A stretch of DNA of 64,000 nt. Source: an uncultured delta proteobacterium (GTDB taxonomy: Bacteria > Desulfobacterota > RBG-13-43-22). How positions within the stretch are numbered: the stretch's first letter is position 1; every line of letters starts with the position of its first letter. Positions 29,901 through 40,292 of the stretch are shown here, piece after piece. The translations under genes were made by a program, and so were the position numbers. The stretch spans positions 512,001-576,000 of the forward strand of contig CAWBOS010000010.1 of NCBI GenBank assembly GCA_963790475.1, read 5' to 3'. The notes beneath the pieces were generated by a model. That model saw only the letters and a list, made by a program, of their open reading frames with translations, was not told the origin of the DNA and searched no databases.

Positions 29901-30920
29901 ATGGAAGAACGAGATTATAGTCAATATAAAGGGGTATGGGTGTTGGGGGAAGTGAGAGATCGACAAATTCACCCCGTATCCTATGAACTTCTGGCCTGGG
30001 GAAGAGGACTGGCAGATAAACTCTCGGTGGATCTTTCCATTGTCATCATCGGGAGCGCTATTAAGGACCAGGTCGGAGAACTCATAGCCAGAGGCGTGGA
30101 TAAGGTTTATGTGATTGATCATCCGGCCCTGGAACACTTCAGGGTTGACCCTTTTGCGGCGGTTCTCACGGCCCTGGTCAAGGAATACAAACCGGAGATT
30201 TTGATCGCCTCGGCCACAACCATGGGGCGGACTATTATGCCCATTTTGGCCGTGAAGCTGGACGCCGGTCTCACGGCCGACTGCACCGGGTTGGATATTG
30301 ATTTGGGGGAAAAACTCCTTATTCAAACCCGCCCGGCCGTGGGAGGAAATATTATGGCCACCATCAAGACCCCGGTTTTACGGCCTCAAATGTCAACCGT
30401 TCGCCCCAAGTCCAAGAGGGCCCTCCCCAGCGACCCTTCAAGAAAGGGAGAAGTCATCATCAAACAGTTCAGCGAGGAGATTCTAAGTTCGAGGGTCAAA
30501 AGGCTGAATTTTATAAAAGAGGAAGCTATCGGGGCGCCCATTCAGGACGCCGAGCATATCGTGGCCTTCGGCAAGGGTCTGAAAGACGGCAAGCATGTGG
30601 AACTGATGGCCGAACTGGCTGAAATTTTCAAGGGAACCTTGGGGGCCTCGAGGAGTGCCACCGATCTCGGTTGGATTTCATATTCCCATCAGGTCGGTCT
30701 CAGCGGGAAGACGGTCTGTCCCAGGCTCTATATTGCTGTCGGAATTTCAGGGGCGGTCCAACATCTGGCCGGTATGTCCTCAGCCGAGACTATCGTGGCT
30801 ATCAATGCCGATCCGGAGGCGAATATTTTCGGAGTTGCGGATTACGGAATCGTGGGAGACCTTTTTGAGGTAGTTCCTCTCTTGATAACAAAATTAAAGG
30901 AAAAAGCCAAGGAGGCGTAA
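29901..30920 (+). CDS. etfA: Electron transfer flavoprotein alpha subunit
   Basis: GLTADCT, QTRPAVGGN, PQMSTVRP, QVGLSGKTV, GISGAVQHLAGM. Confidence 0.95.
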   Translation: MEERDYSQYKGVWVLGEVRDRQIHPVSYELLAWGRGLADKLSVDLSIVIIGSAIKDQVGELIARGVDKVYVIDHPALEHFRVDPFAAVLTALVKEYKPEILIASATTMGRTIMPILAVKLDAGLTADCTGLDIDLGEKLLIQTRPAVGGNIMATIKTPVLRPQMSTVRPKSKRALPSDPSRKGEVIIKQFSEEILSSRVKRLNFIKEEAIGAPIQDAEHIVAFGKGLKDGKHVELMAELAEIFKGTLGASRSATDLGWISYSHQVGLSGKTVCPRLYIAVGISGAVQHLAGMSSAETIVAINADPEANIFGVADYGIVGDLFEVVPLLITKLKEKAKEA

Positions 30921-30927
30921 AAAAACA

Positions 30928-32364
30928 ATGGAGCGTCAATATGGGAAGGTCACGATTGAGATCATCGATGAGTTGAAAAAGATCGTCGGGGAGAAGAATA
31001 CCATTTTTGATGATAAGGCCAAGCTGAAAGAATATGGAATGGATACCTTATCCCTGATCACCGGGGTGGTTGCCGAACCGGAGGTGGCGGTGAGACCCGA
31101 ATCCACGATGGAGGTGGCGGCCGTTATGAAACTGGCTGCCAAATACAATATTCCGGTGACTGCCAGAGGGGCGGGGACCGGCCTGGCCGGGTCGGCCATC
31201 CCCGTCAGCAACGGGATTGTTCTTTCTTTAGAAAAAATGAACAAGATATTGGAGATCGATACGGTGGACCGGGTGGCGGTCGTCGAAGCCGGGGTCATCA
31301 CCAAAGATCTCTGCCGGAAGGTGGAGGAACACGGGCTTATGTACGCCGGATATCCCATGAGTACCGAGAGCAGTTTCATCGGCGGGAATGTGGCCACTAA
31401 CGCCGGGGGGGCAAAGGTCATCAAGTACGGAAATACCCGGAAACATATTCTTGGATTGGAAGTGGTGCTGGCCTCCGGAGAAGTCCTCCAGCTTGGAGGT
31501 CGTTTCCGAAAGAGCACCTGGGGTTATGATCTTATGGAGACCATCATCGGGTCGGAGGGAACCCTGGCCATCGTCACCAAGGTTATCGTCAATTTAATAC
31601 CCGGTGGGGGTAAGACCCTGGATCTTATCGTGCCTTTTCCGGATACGGAAACTGCGGTCATCTCCGTGTCCAAAATGATCGTCGAAGGCAACATTTTCCC
31701 GGTGGCGGTCGAATTCATGGACCGAATGTCCCTGACCCTATCGGCCAAACATCACGAGATCACCCTCCCCTTCACCGATAGGGACGACGTGGGGGCTTTT
31801 CTCATTATCCAGCTTCATGGAAAATCGCAGGAAGAACTGGATGAGATTTATGAAAAAGCCGGTGAATTGTGTTTGGGAAATGGGGCCCTGGATGTCTTTG
31901 CCGCCGAGAGCCGGCGCGACTCGGAAAATATCTGGAAGGTCAGGGAAGAATACAGCCCAGGGTTTAGATTCCTTGAAAAAATGTTCTACGGGAACCCGGG
32001 GGATGTGATCGTCCCCTTTTCCAAGGTTCCGGAGATGATGAAGGAACTGAAGCGGCTGGAGAAAAAATACAACACAACGATTTTCACCGTGGGACACATA
32101 GCCGATGGAAATCTTCACACCCATTTTTATAAACCTGATGAAGTTCCTTCTGAAAATTGGACTGAATACGCCAAAAAGATCTATGACGATCTGACCGATT
32201 GCGCTTTGAAATTAGGGGGGGTAGGCAGCGGAGAACATGGGATAGGGCTGTTGAAAAAAGCGATCTTTCTCAGGACCAAGTCACCCGCGGAGATTGAAGT
32301 CATGCGCGGGATCAAGAAGGCCTTCGACCCCAATTATCTTTTGAACCCCGGCAAGATCATTTAA
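30928..32364 (+). CDS. FAD-linked 2-hydroxyacid oxidoreductase (GlcD/LctD family)
   Basis: RGAGTGL.G, IGGNVATNAGG, GSEGTL, GHIADGNLH, SGEHGIG, FDP..LLNPGK. Confidence 0.92.
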   Translation: MERQYGKVTIEIIDELKKIVGEKNTIFDDKAKLKEYGMDTLSLITGVVAEPEVAVRPESTMEVAAVMKLAAKYNIPVTARGAGTGLAGSAIPVSNGIVLSLEKMNKILEIDTVDRVAVVEAGVITKDLCRKVEEHGLMYAGYPMSTESSFIGGNVATNAGGAKVIKYGNTRKHILGLEVVLASGEVLQLGGRFRKSTWGYDLMETIIGSEGTLAIVTKVIVNLIPGGGKTLDLIVPFPDTETAVISVSKMIVEGNIFPVAVEFMDRMSLTLSAKHHEITLPFTDRDDVGAFLIIQLHGKSQEELDEIYEKAGELCLGNGALDVFAAESRRDSENIWKVREEYSPGFRFLEKMFYGNPGDVIVPFSKVPEMMKELKRLEKKYNTTIFTVGHIADGNLHTHFYKPDEVPSENWTEYAKKIYDDLTDCALKLGGVGSGEHGIGLLKKAIFLRTKSPAEIEVMRGIKKAFDPNYLLNPGKII

Positions 32365-32403
32365 AACCTATTACCAGGTCCAGATTTCGGAGGACAATCT
32401 GCC

Positions 32404-32461
32404 CGTTGCTCGTTGCTCGATGCTCGGAAAAACGAGTAACCAGCAACGAGTAACGAGTAAC
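32404..32461. repeat. Heptamer inverted tandem repeat
   Basis: (CGTTGCT)x3-like followed by (GAGTAAC/CAGCAAC)x4-like. Confidence 0.65.
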
Positions 32462-32489
32462 AGAGAGCCTTAATTAGGCGCTGGGAATA

Positions 32490-33926
32490 TTGAAAGGAAA
32501 ACCTTTGGAAGAGAAAAAACAGGTAATAGAAGCGGCGGAGTTGGATCTTCTTTTCAATCCCCGTTCCCTGGCCGTTATTGGTATTTCCGGCGATCCGGGT
32601 CGGGGAGGCGGATTCATCTGGTGGAAAATTCAGGCCCAGCGGTATCCCGGTAAAAAATACCCGGTAAGCCGAAGTTGTAAGGAGTTGGACGGGATTCCCT
32701 GTTACCCTTCCCTGACCGATATCGCCGAACCGATCGACCTGGTCATTGCCGCTATCCCTGCCGCAGCGGTGGAAAAATTGGTGGCCGAATGCGCCCAGAA
32801 GAAGGTTAAATTTATCGTCATTCATGCCGCCGGTTTTGCCGAGTTGGGCGAAGAAGGGAAAAGTTTACAGGAAAGGGTGGTTGGGATTGCCAGAGAACAT
32901 GGAATTCGCCTGGTCGGGCCCAACTGCATGGGTATTTATTGCCCGGAAGCCCACTTGAATACGATTGTTGAACTCGAAGAATCGGACGCCCTGCCTGGCG
33001 GTGTGGCCTTCTCCGGGCAAAGCGGTTGGGCCACAGAACACTTCGTGGTCGGAGGAAATGACCGGGGACTCAGATTCAGCAAGGTTATCAGCAGCGGCAA
33101 TCAGGCCGATCTCAATTTTTTCGATTTCCTGGCTTACTTCGGTGCCGATCCATCGACCAAGGTTATCTGTGCTTACATTGAAGGTCTGTCGCGGGGGAGG
33201 GAAGTCCTGGGTCTGGCCTCTCAGGTGGGTCGCAGCAAACCGGTTATTATCTGGAAATCAGGATTCAGTCAGGCCGGTAGGCGAGCCGCCCTGTCCCATT
33301 CCGGGTCCATCACCGGGACCCGGGAAATCTGGATGGGCGCAGCTAGAAGTGCCGGGATCGTTGCGGCCGAAGGATTCGAAGAACTGGCCGATTTGGCCGT
33401 GGCTTTTTCCGCCCCACCGTTTCCCAGGGGCAACAAAGTGGGGATCATGGCCGAGGCCGGAGGGGGCGGCATATCCGCTGCCGATGCTTGTGAAAAACTG
33501 GGACTGGAGGTGAGACCATTCAGTTCCCGCCTGAGGGATCGCCTGACGATTTTTTTAAAAGATTATCTTCCCCCGTTCTCCGGGACCAGCAATCCCCTGG
33601 ACCTGGTCTGGCTTCCCAGGGAAACGGCTTTGACCATCTGCTCCAGGAGTATTGAGATGATGGCCGAAGAGGTGGATTCGGTCATTATGATGTCCTATAT
33701 GCCTTTTGTGGTCCCCGATATTCTTACCTCATTCATTGAAACCCTGGCTGGTTTGAGAGACCGGCTCCACCTGCCTATTTACGTGGTCCCGCCCTATGCC
33801 TCCAAAGCCGGAGAGGCCATGAAGGCTTTAACCCTGGCCGGTCTGCCGGCCTTTCCCTCCTTTGAAAGGGCGGCCAGGGCCGTATCGGCTACTTGCGGTT
33901 GGCAGGCTAGAGTTTTTTCAGAGTGA
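32490..33926 (+). CDS. NDP-forming acyl-CoA synthetase alpha-type (CoA-binding) subunit
   Basis: FNPRSLAVIG, AGFAE, GPNCMG, QSG, GNQAD, SHSGS (phospho-His region), NPLDL. Confidence 0.88.
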   Translation: MKGKPLEEKKQVIEAAELDLLFNPRSLAVIGISGDPGRGGGFIWWKIQAQRYPGKKYPVSRSCKELDGIPCYPSLTDIAEPIDLVIAAIPAAAVEKLVAECAQKKVKFIVIHAAGFAELGEEGKSLQERVVGIAREHGIRLVGPNCMGIYCPEAHLNTIVELEESDALPGGVAFSGQSGWATEHFVVGGNDRGLRFSKVISSGNQADLNFFDFLAYFGADPSTKVICAYIEGLSRGREVLGLASQVGRSKPVIIWKSGFSQAGRRAALSHSGSITGTREIWMGAARSAGIVAAEGFEELADLAVAFSAPPFPRGNKVGIMAEAGGGGISAADACEKLGLEVRPFSSRLRDRLTIFLKDYLPPFSGTSNPLDLVWLPRETALTICSRSIEMMAEEVDSVIMMSYMPFVVPDILTSFIETLAGLRDRLHLPIYVVPPYASKAGEAMKALTLAGLPAFPSFERAARAVSATCGWQARVFSE

Positions 33927-34248
33927 ATGATCCCTGCACATTGAGTTAAGGATTTCCATTTGTAATTCAAGAGAAAGAAGCTGAAAGTCTCTTCGAGGTA
34001 GAGGAAGATTTTTTTCCTTTTTTGATCATCCGATCCGGACGATCCCAAAATACATCCCCCCCAATCCATAAATACTGTCTCCAGAGTATTTATTCTTCAC
34101 GACCATTCTTATAGGGTTATAAACAATTATATACAAGAAGATTCATTTTCCCCGATCATCAAAAGTTGAAACCCTGAGTATCTGATCTCAAAACAAAGGA
34201 TTCGAGAGGATTTCCGGGCAGAAATTTTCCGAAGCCAAAGGGGGAGGT

Positions 34249-36774
34249 ATGATTTCGTTCAACGTTAACGGGAAAAATTATAGGATCGAGGCAGCCGAAG
34301 AAACCCCACTTCTGTGGGTGATCCGCGACCATCTCGGATTGACCGGTACAAAATTCGGGTGCGGCATTTCCCAATGCGGTGCTTGTACCGTGCAGGTCGA
34401 CGGAGAGGCCGTCCGTTCCTGCGTCACACCCGTTTCCGCCGTTGTGGGAAAAAAAGTCATCACTATCGAAGGACTTTCCCTTGACGGCCGGCATCCGGTG
34501 CAGCAAGCCTGGATCGCCGACGAAGTACCTCAGTGCGGCTATTGCCATTCAGGACAGATCATGTCCGCCGCCGCACTCCTGGCTAAGATTCCCAAACCCA
34601 CCGATGCCGATATTGATCAGGCCATGTCTGGAAATCTCTGTCGCTGCGGAACCTATCAGCGTATCCGCCGGGCTATCCATCGTGCTGCCGGAATGATGGA
34701 CAGAGGTGGAATTCAGAGGCCGTCGATAGTCGAATCTTCCGAGGTGGCCCTTAACGCATTTGTACGGGTCGGGAAAGAGGGCGGCATAACTATCTTGGTC
34801 AACAAATCAGAAATGGGACAAGGGGTTTACACGGCCTTGCCCATGCTTGTGGCCGAAGAACTGGAATGCGACTGGGCCGAGGTGCGCGTGGAATCGGCTC
34901 CCGTCGATCCTGTATATAACCATACGAACATTGGTTTTCAGATGACCGGGGGCAGTTCCAGTGTTTACAGCGAATGGGACCGTTTGCGAAAGGTCGGTGC
35001 GAGTGCCCGGGAAATGTTGATAGCCGCTGCGGCCGAGATCTGGAAGATTGAAAAAAGCCGCTGTCGGGCCGAAAATGGATTCGTGATTCAACCCGGCGGG
35101 AAAAAGCTGACCTATGGGCAGTTAGCGGAAAAAGCCGCCGCAATGCCGGTGCCCAAAGAGGTTCGGCTCAAAGATCCCTCGACCTTTAAATTGATCGGAC
35201 GACCGATCAAACGCCTGGATACGCCGGCCAAGACCAACGGCACGGCCCTTTTCGGCATGGATGTTAAGATTCCAAACATGCTCACGGCCCTGATCAGCCG
35301 TCCCCCGGTTTTCGGAGGCAAGGTAAAGGAGTTCGATCCTGAAAAGGCTAAAGCCGTGGCCGGGGTTAAAGAAGTGGTGAACATCGAAGCCGGGGTAGCC
35401 GTGGCGGCCGTTGATTTTCGGTCGGCTACTCTCGGAAGAAAGGCGCTGAAGATCACCTGGGATGAAGGCTCCCTGGCTGATCTTTCGACAGCCGGAATGC
35501 GGGAGAAATATGCAAACCTGGCCAAAACCCCCGGGGTTGTTGCCCAAAAAGAAGGGGACCCGGAAAAAGTTATGGCGGCAGCGGCCAGACAGATCCGGGC
35601 TGAATATGAAGTCCCTTTTCTGGCCCATGCCCCCATGGAGCCGTTGAACTGTTGTGTCGATTTACGTCCCCACAGTCTGGAAATTTGGACAGGCACACAA
35701 TTTCAGACGGTCGATCGCGATGCTGCGGCCCGGGTGGCCGGACTCAAACCGGAAGAGGTCAAAATTCATACCACTTTCCTGGGCGGGGGTTTCGGACGCA
35801 GGGCAAATCCCAACTCGGATTTTGTGGTCGAGGCCGTGCAGGTCGCCATGGCAATTAAAAAACCAGTCAAGGTGATTTGGACCCGCGAAGATGATATCAG
35901 AGGGGGCTATTACCGGCCCATGTGGTTCGACCGGATTGCCGCCGGTCTTGATTTAAGTGGAAATTTGACGGCCTGGGAGCATACCATAGTCGGACAATCG
36001 ATCCTGAAAGGGTCCCCCTTCGCCCCGATGATGATCAAAAAGGGAATTGATCCCACCTCGGTGGAAGGGGCGGAAGATATCCCTTATGAGATCCCTAATA
36101 TCGTTGTCAGGCTGCATAGTCCTGACATCGGCGTGCCGGTTCAATGGTGGCGTTCGGTCGGCCATTCCCACACTGCCTTTGTGGTGGAGAGTTTTTTGGA
36201 TGAGATCGCCCACAGTCTGGGGAAAGATCCCTATGAATTTCGCCGACGTCTCCTGGCCCGGCACCCGCGTCATCTTGGCGTACTCGACCTGGCCGCCGAA
36301 AAGGCTGGCTGGGGGACAGCACCCGAAGCCGGCCGGGGGCGGGGAATAGCCCTGCACATGTCTTTTGGAAGCTTTATCGCCCAGGTGGCTGAAGTTTCCG
36401 TCACTCCGGCGGGTCAGGTGCGGGTTCATAAGGTTGTTTGCGCCGTGGACTGCGGCCGGGTGGTGAACCCTGACACCATCAAGGCCCAGATGGAGGGAGG
36501 GATTGTCTTCGGTCTTTCCGCCGCCCTCCATGGTGCTATTACTTTTAAGAACGGCAGGGTGGAACAGAGTAATTTCCACAACTATCGACTTCTGACCATG
36601 GAGGAGATGCCGGAGGTCGAGGTCCACATCGTCCCCAGCAGTGAAGACCTGGGTGGTGTGGGGGAACCGGGGGTGCCCCCTATCGCTCCCGCCGTGGGTA
36701 ATGCCGTTTTTGCTATCACCGGCATCCGTATTCGACGACTACCCATCAACCCGGAGGATTTAAAAAAAGCATAG
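34249..36774 (+). CDS. Fused (2Fe-2S) plus molybdopterin isoquinoline/aldehyde oxidoreductase (IorA-IorB type)
   Basis: [24 protein letters not shown]; then SEMGQG, TGGS.S, HAPMEP, GGGFGRR, WRSVG, AQMEGG, GVGEPG. Confidence 0.92.
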   Translation: MISFNVNGKNYRIEAAEETPLLWVIRDHLGLTGTKFGCGISQCGACTVQVDGEAVRSCVTPVSAVVGKKVITIEGLSLDGRHPVQQAWIADEVPQCGYCHSGQIMSAAALLAKIPKPTDADIDQAMSGNLCRCGTYQRIRRAIHRAAGMMDRGGIQRPSIVESSEVALNAFVRVGKEGGITILVNKSEMGQGVYTALPMLVAEELECDWAEVRVESAPVDPVYNHTNIGFQMTGGSSSVYSEWDRLRKVGASAREMLIAAAAEIWKIEKSRCRAENGFVIQPGGKKLTYGQLAEKAAAMPVPKEVRLKDPSTFKLIGRPIKRLDTPAKTNGTALFGMDVKIPNMLTALISRPPVFGGKVKEFDPEKAKAVAGVKEVVNIEAGVAVAAVDFRSATLGRKALKITWDEGSLADLSTAGMREKYANLAKTPGVVAQKEGDPEKVMAAAARQIRAEYEVPFLAHAPMEPLNCCVDLRPHSLEIWTGTQFQTVDRDAAARVAGLKPEEVKIHTTFLGGGFGRRANPNSDFVVEAVQVAMAIKKPVKVIWTREDDIRGGYYRPMWFDRIAAGLDLSGNLTAWEHTIVGQSILKGSPFAPMMIKKGIDPTSVEGAEDIPYEIPNIVVRLHSPDIGVPVQWWRSVGHSHTAFVVESFLDEIAHSLGKDPYEFRRRLLARHPRHLGVLDLAAEKAGWGTAPEAGRGRGIALHMSFGSFIAQVAEVSVTPAGQVRVHKVVCAVDCGRVVNPDTIKAQMEGGIVFGLSAALHGAITFKNGRVEQSNFHNYRLLTMEEMPEVEVHIVPSSEDLGGVGEPGVPPIAPAVGNAVFAITGIRIRRLPINPEDLKKA

Positions 36775-37230
36775 CGGACCTTCACGCGGATAGGTGAAGG
36801 GGTTCCTCAGACTCCAGGAATCTCCGGGAAGGAGGGACAATGATTCGAGGCAAATTCCCAAGGATGGGTGTCAGCCGGGATGCCCTGCCCTGAGAAAGGG
36901 GGAGGCGTCCTTCAAAAATGTCTGGCCCTGAAAGAGATAAGCCTGTCACCGTTATCCCCGAAGGCCTTTAGACAAGCCCGATTAAACCGCAGGAAAATTT
37001 ATCCTTATAGCCCATTCTTTAATCCTTTTCTGCTGATTCGTCTCCCAACCAAAGAATAAGCTGCCATTTTTTTAATTTGTAATCTTAGTGGTGATGTTAT
37101 AATCTTGGCTCATGAAAAAATGATAGATATTACAATTTATTTTCTTTCATCATTTCTGTAATTTCTCAGGTGAGGAGGTTTAAGGGCAAAAAACAAGGTT
37201 GTAAAATAAACGATTAAAGGAGAAAAAATA

Positions 37231-38127
37231 ATGGGACTTTTAGATGGTAAAGTGGCGATCATCACCGGCTCCGGCCGGGGAGTAGGCAGGGGTGAAGCCT
37301 TGGCGATGGCCAAAGAAGGGGCTAAAGTCGTGATCAATGATCTTGGAGGCTCCCTGGATGGCAGGGGTGAACGGTCCATGGTAGCTGATCAGGTGGTAAA
37401 TGAAATCACGGCCATGGGTGGTCAGGCCGTTTCCGATTACTCGGATGTGGGGACATTGGAAGGGGTGGACAACATGATCTGGAAGGCCCTCAGCAAATTC
37501 GGCCGTTTGGATATCATGGTCCACAACGCCGGGGTCCTGCGAGACAAAATGCTTCTGAATATGGAGGAAGACGACTGGGACTTTGTCCAGAAGGTTCATT
37601 CAAAAGGTTCCTTTCTTTGTACCCGGGCGGCAGGGCGTGTCATGAGGACCCAAGGGCAGGGAGGGGTCATCATGAATACCACCTCCATGTCCGGCCTCAT
37701 GGGGAATTTCGGCCAGGCCAATTATAGTTTTGCCAAGGCGGGGATGTATGGGTTTACCAAAACCGCTGCCGCAGAACTGGGGCGCTACGGCATACGGGTC
37801 CACGCCATCTGCCCCAACGCCTACACCCGCATGACGGCCAATCTCCCCGCCCTGAAAGGGATCACCGAGGAAATGCTCGATCCGGGTACCATGGCCCCAT
37901 TAGTGGTCTTTTTGGCCTCCGACCTGGCTAAGAAGCTTAATGGCCGTGTCCTTTTGGCCCATGGAGGAACTATCGGGGTCAAGGTGGCCGAGTTCAAGAT
38001 GAGTATGGCCAAGGGCTTCAATAAAAAAGACGGGATCCCTACCCCTCTGGAAATTTCCGACCACATCGATCAGGTGCTGATCCCGGACCCGGATCTGGAG
38101 ATGATGGCCGCCTTAAAGTTTGACTAG
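37231..38127 (+). CDS. SDR family oxidoreductase (3-hydroxyacyl-CoA dehydrogenase-like)
   Basis: TGSGRGVG, VVINDLG, NAGVLRD, GNFGQANYSFAK. Confidence 0.92.
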   Translation: MGLLDGKVAIITGSGRGVGRGEALAMAKEGAKVVINDLGGSLDGRGERSMVADQVVNEITAMGGQAVSDYSDVGTLEGVDNMIWKALSKFGRLDIMVHNAGVLRDKMLLNMEEDDWDFVQKVHSKGSFLCTRAAGRVMRTQGQGGVIMNTTSMSGLMGNFGQANYSFAKAGMYGFTKTAAAELGRYGIRVHAICPNAYTRMTANLPALKGITEEMLDPGTMAPLVVFLASDLAKKLNGRVLLAHGGTIGVKVAEFKMSMAKGFNKKDGIPTPLEISDHIDQVLIPDPDLEMMAALKFD

Positions 38128-38273
38128 CCAACAATTCTCTTCGGCCTCCTTCGGGGGGGCAGGGCCATTAGACTGCTAATATTTAGCAGGGGGTAAGACA
38201 AAGAGACCATTAAACGTGGGACACCGGTCTTGTTATCGGGTTGGATATAAAACATGACCGGTGTCCCCATTTT

Positions 38274-38563
38274 TCATACCGTTTCAAACCACATCGGTTT
38301 TTTTGCATAGGGATGGCCGCTGTAATTGACCGTGATTTCCTCTCCTGTCCGGATATCCCGCAGGGCGAAGAATTCGACCATCTGTTCTTCAAGACTTTTC
38401 CGGTAAAAGGCGTTGGGTTCATAGGAGTGGTTAATAAGGGAACCTATTCCCAAATGGAACCTCGGGTAAAGTCCTGTCTGGCAAACACGCAACGCCCTTT
38501 TCCAGGGAGAAGGCGTATTTCAAAGAGGGTTTCAGAGGGTCTTGTTAAGGATGTTAAGGCCAA
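38274..38563 (-). pseudogene. SET-domain protein with internal deletion/frameshift
   Basis: Frame 1: FEIRLLPGKGRCVFARQDFTRGSI. Frame 2: LGIGSLINHSYEPNA..FFALRDIRTGEEITVNY. Confidence 0.75.
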
Positions 38564-38689
38564 GATTCACTTGAGGGACAGGATTGAGTCCGATCCTCCA
38601 ACGGGGAGGGACCCTAAGTATTTTTTGTGTTTTGTTGTGTCCGTTGCACACGAACAGGAAGGTTAGCAGCTCTGATAGAGAAGGCCAAA

Positions 38690-39406
38690 TTAAACTTCCA
38701 GATACTTGGCCCGAGCCTCCGGGTTGGCTTTTAATTCATCTACCGTACCGGTAAAACCGACATGGGCCTTGCCCATCAAATAGAGCCGGTGGGCCAAAGA
38801 CATGGCTACCTTTAGGTTATGCTCCACCAGAAGAATGGACACACCGGCCTTGTTGATTTCGGCCAAAACATCGCGCACCTCTTTGACCATAAGCGGTGAC
38901 AGACCTTCTGTGGGCTCATCCACCAGCAGGAGGTCGGGATTACCCATCAACGAGCGACCAATGGTCAGCATCTGCTGTTCCCCTCCGGAGAGAATTCCCC
39001 CTTTCTGCTGGGCCCTTTTTTCAAGCGTAGGGAAATGCTGGAAGATCCTTTCCACTGTCCAGGTATTGGGATCATCAGGGTTCTTTATTTTTCCCCCCTT
39101 GATTCCCATAAACAGGTTTTCACGCACGGTGAGATTGGGGAAGATGCGCCTTTCCTCGGGAACGTATCCGATACCAAACCTGGCTACCCTATAAGACGGA
39201 TAACCGCAAATATTTTTTCCTTTAAAGACCACCGATCCCGATTTCGCCCTGACCACACCCATGATACTTTTTAAAGTGGTGCTCTTCCCCATACCGTTGC
39301 GACCTAAAAGGGCAACTAATTCCCCTTGTTCAACGTTTATGGAGATTCCCTGCAACACATGACTCGTGCCGTAGTAGGTATTCAAGTCCTGAACTTCCAA
39401 TAACAT
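38690..39406 (-). CDS. livF: Branched-chain amino acid-type ABC transporter ATPase
   Basis: GRNGMGKST, YVPEERRIF, LSGGEQQML, DEPTEGL. Confidence 0.92.
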   Translation of the reverse strand: MLLEVQDLNTYYGTSHVLQGISINVEQGELVALLGRNGMGKSTTLKSIMGVVRAKSGSVVFKGKNICGYPSYRVARFGIGYVPEERRIFPNLTVRENLFMGIKGGKIKNPDDPNTWTVERIFQHFPTLEKRAQQKGGILSGGEQQMLTIGRSLMGNPDLLLVDEPTEGLSPLMVKEVRDVLAEINKAGVSILLVEHNLKVAMSLAHRLYLMGKAHVGFTGTVDELKANPEARAKYLEV

Positions 39407-39439
39407 GGTGGCTTACCTCGTATCTCTAACTTGAAAAAA

Positions 39440-39536
39440 GGGTTCCAGGTTTCAAGGGTTCGAGGGTTCAAGGGACTTTACTACAATGCGTTTCACTTGA
39501 ACCCTCCGCTCCGCGGTCCCTGACCCCTTGAATCCT
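39440..39536. repeat. Octamer-like inverted tandem repeats
   Basis: GGGTTCCA/GGTTTCAA/GGGTTCGA/GGGTTCAA versus TTGAACCC/TGACCCC/TTGAATCC. Confidence 0.55.
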
Positions 39537-39545
39537 GATTAATTC

Positions 39546-40292
39546 TCAATATTCCAATTCTCCCAAATAGGCATCCTTAACCTCTTGGTTGTCGCGGATT
39601 TCAGTTGGTGGTCCCGAGGCCAGAATTCGTCCATAGTGAAGGACCGTGATACGGTCGGCCAAAGAGAAGACCACATCCATATCATGCTCGATGATGACCA
39701 CGGTCTTGCCTTCGGTGAGTCTTCTGATCAATTCTACTGCCGTGTGTGTTTCGTCTCGGGACATGCCGGCCGTAGGTTCGTCCAGCATGATCAGATCGGG
39801 GTCAGTGGCCAAGGCCATGCTTATTTCCAGGGCACGATGTTTCCCGTAGGATAGTAATCCGGCGGGGATATCACGCTCACGGGTGAGATTGATTCGTTTC
39901 AAAACTTCGTCGGTCTCTTGGGTAACGTTCTGCATTTTGTCTAATTTGCGGAGCATTTGGAAACGGATTCCTCTCTTGGAGAGGATGGCTTGTCGAATGT
40001 TCTGAAAAGCCGTCAATTTGGCAAAGGTAGTGGTGATCTGAAAGGAACGTCCCATGCCGAGGCGGGATAGTTGGTGCGGCTCAGACTGGGTGACCGCTTT
40101 CCCTTTAAATAATACCTGCCCTTGTGTGGCGTGGTATCTACCGGTGATCACATTGAAGAGAGTGGTTTTCCCGGCGCCATTGGGCCCAATGAGGGCCAGT
40201 CGCTCTCCTTCTTTAACTTCCAGGTTGATATCAAATAGAACTTCCAACTTTTTAAAGGCGTGATAAAGTCCCTTGGTCTCAAGAATGTTCAT
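39546..40292 (-). CDS. livG: Branched-chain amino acid-type ABC transporter ATPase
   Basis: GPNGAGKTT, RSFQ, LSYG, DEPTAGM, IEHDM. Confidence 0.92.
   Translation of the reverse strand: MNILETKGLYHAFKKLEVLFDINLEVKEGERLALIGPNGAGKTTLFNVITGRYHATQGQVLFKGKAVTQSEPHQLSRLGMGRSFQITTTFAKLTAFQNIRQAILSKRGIRFQMLRKLDKMQNVTQETDEVLKRINLTRERDIPAGLLSYGKHRALEISMALATDPDLIMLDEPTAGMSRDETHTAVELIRRLTEGKTVVIIEHDMDVVFSLADRITVLHYGRILASGPPTEIRDNQEVKDAYLGELEY

Noticed and set aside
34140-34248. Moco riboswitch upstream of the molybdoenzyme
   Set aside because: The conserved Moco RNA elements were not found.
36840-36971. Small ORF behind AAGGAGGG with an in-frame TGA (MIRGKFPRMGVSRDALP*ERG...) as a second selenoprotein
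   Set aside because: There is no Cys/redox context, and the TGA lies within a hairpin rather than 16-37 nt before a loop. No recognisable family.
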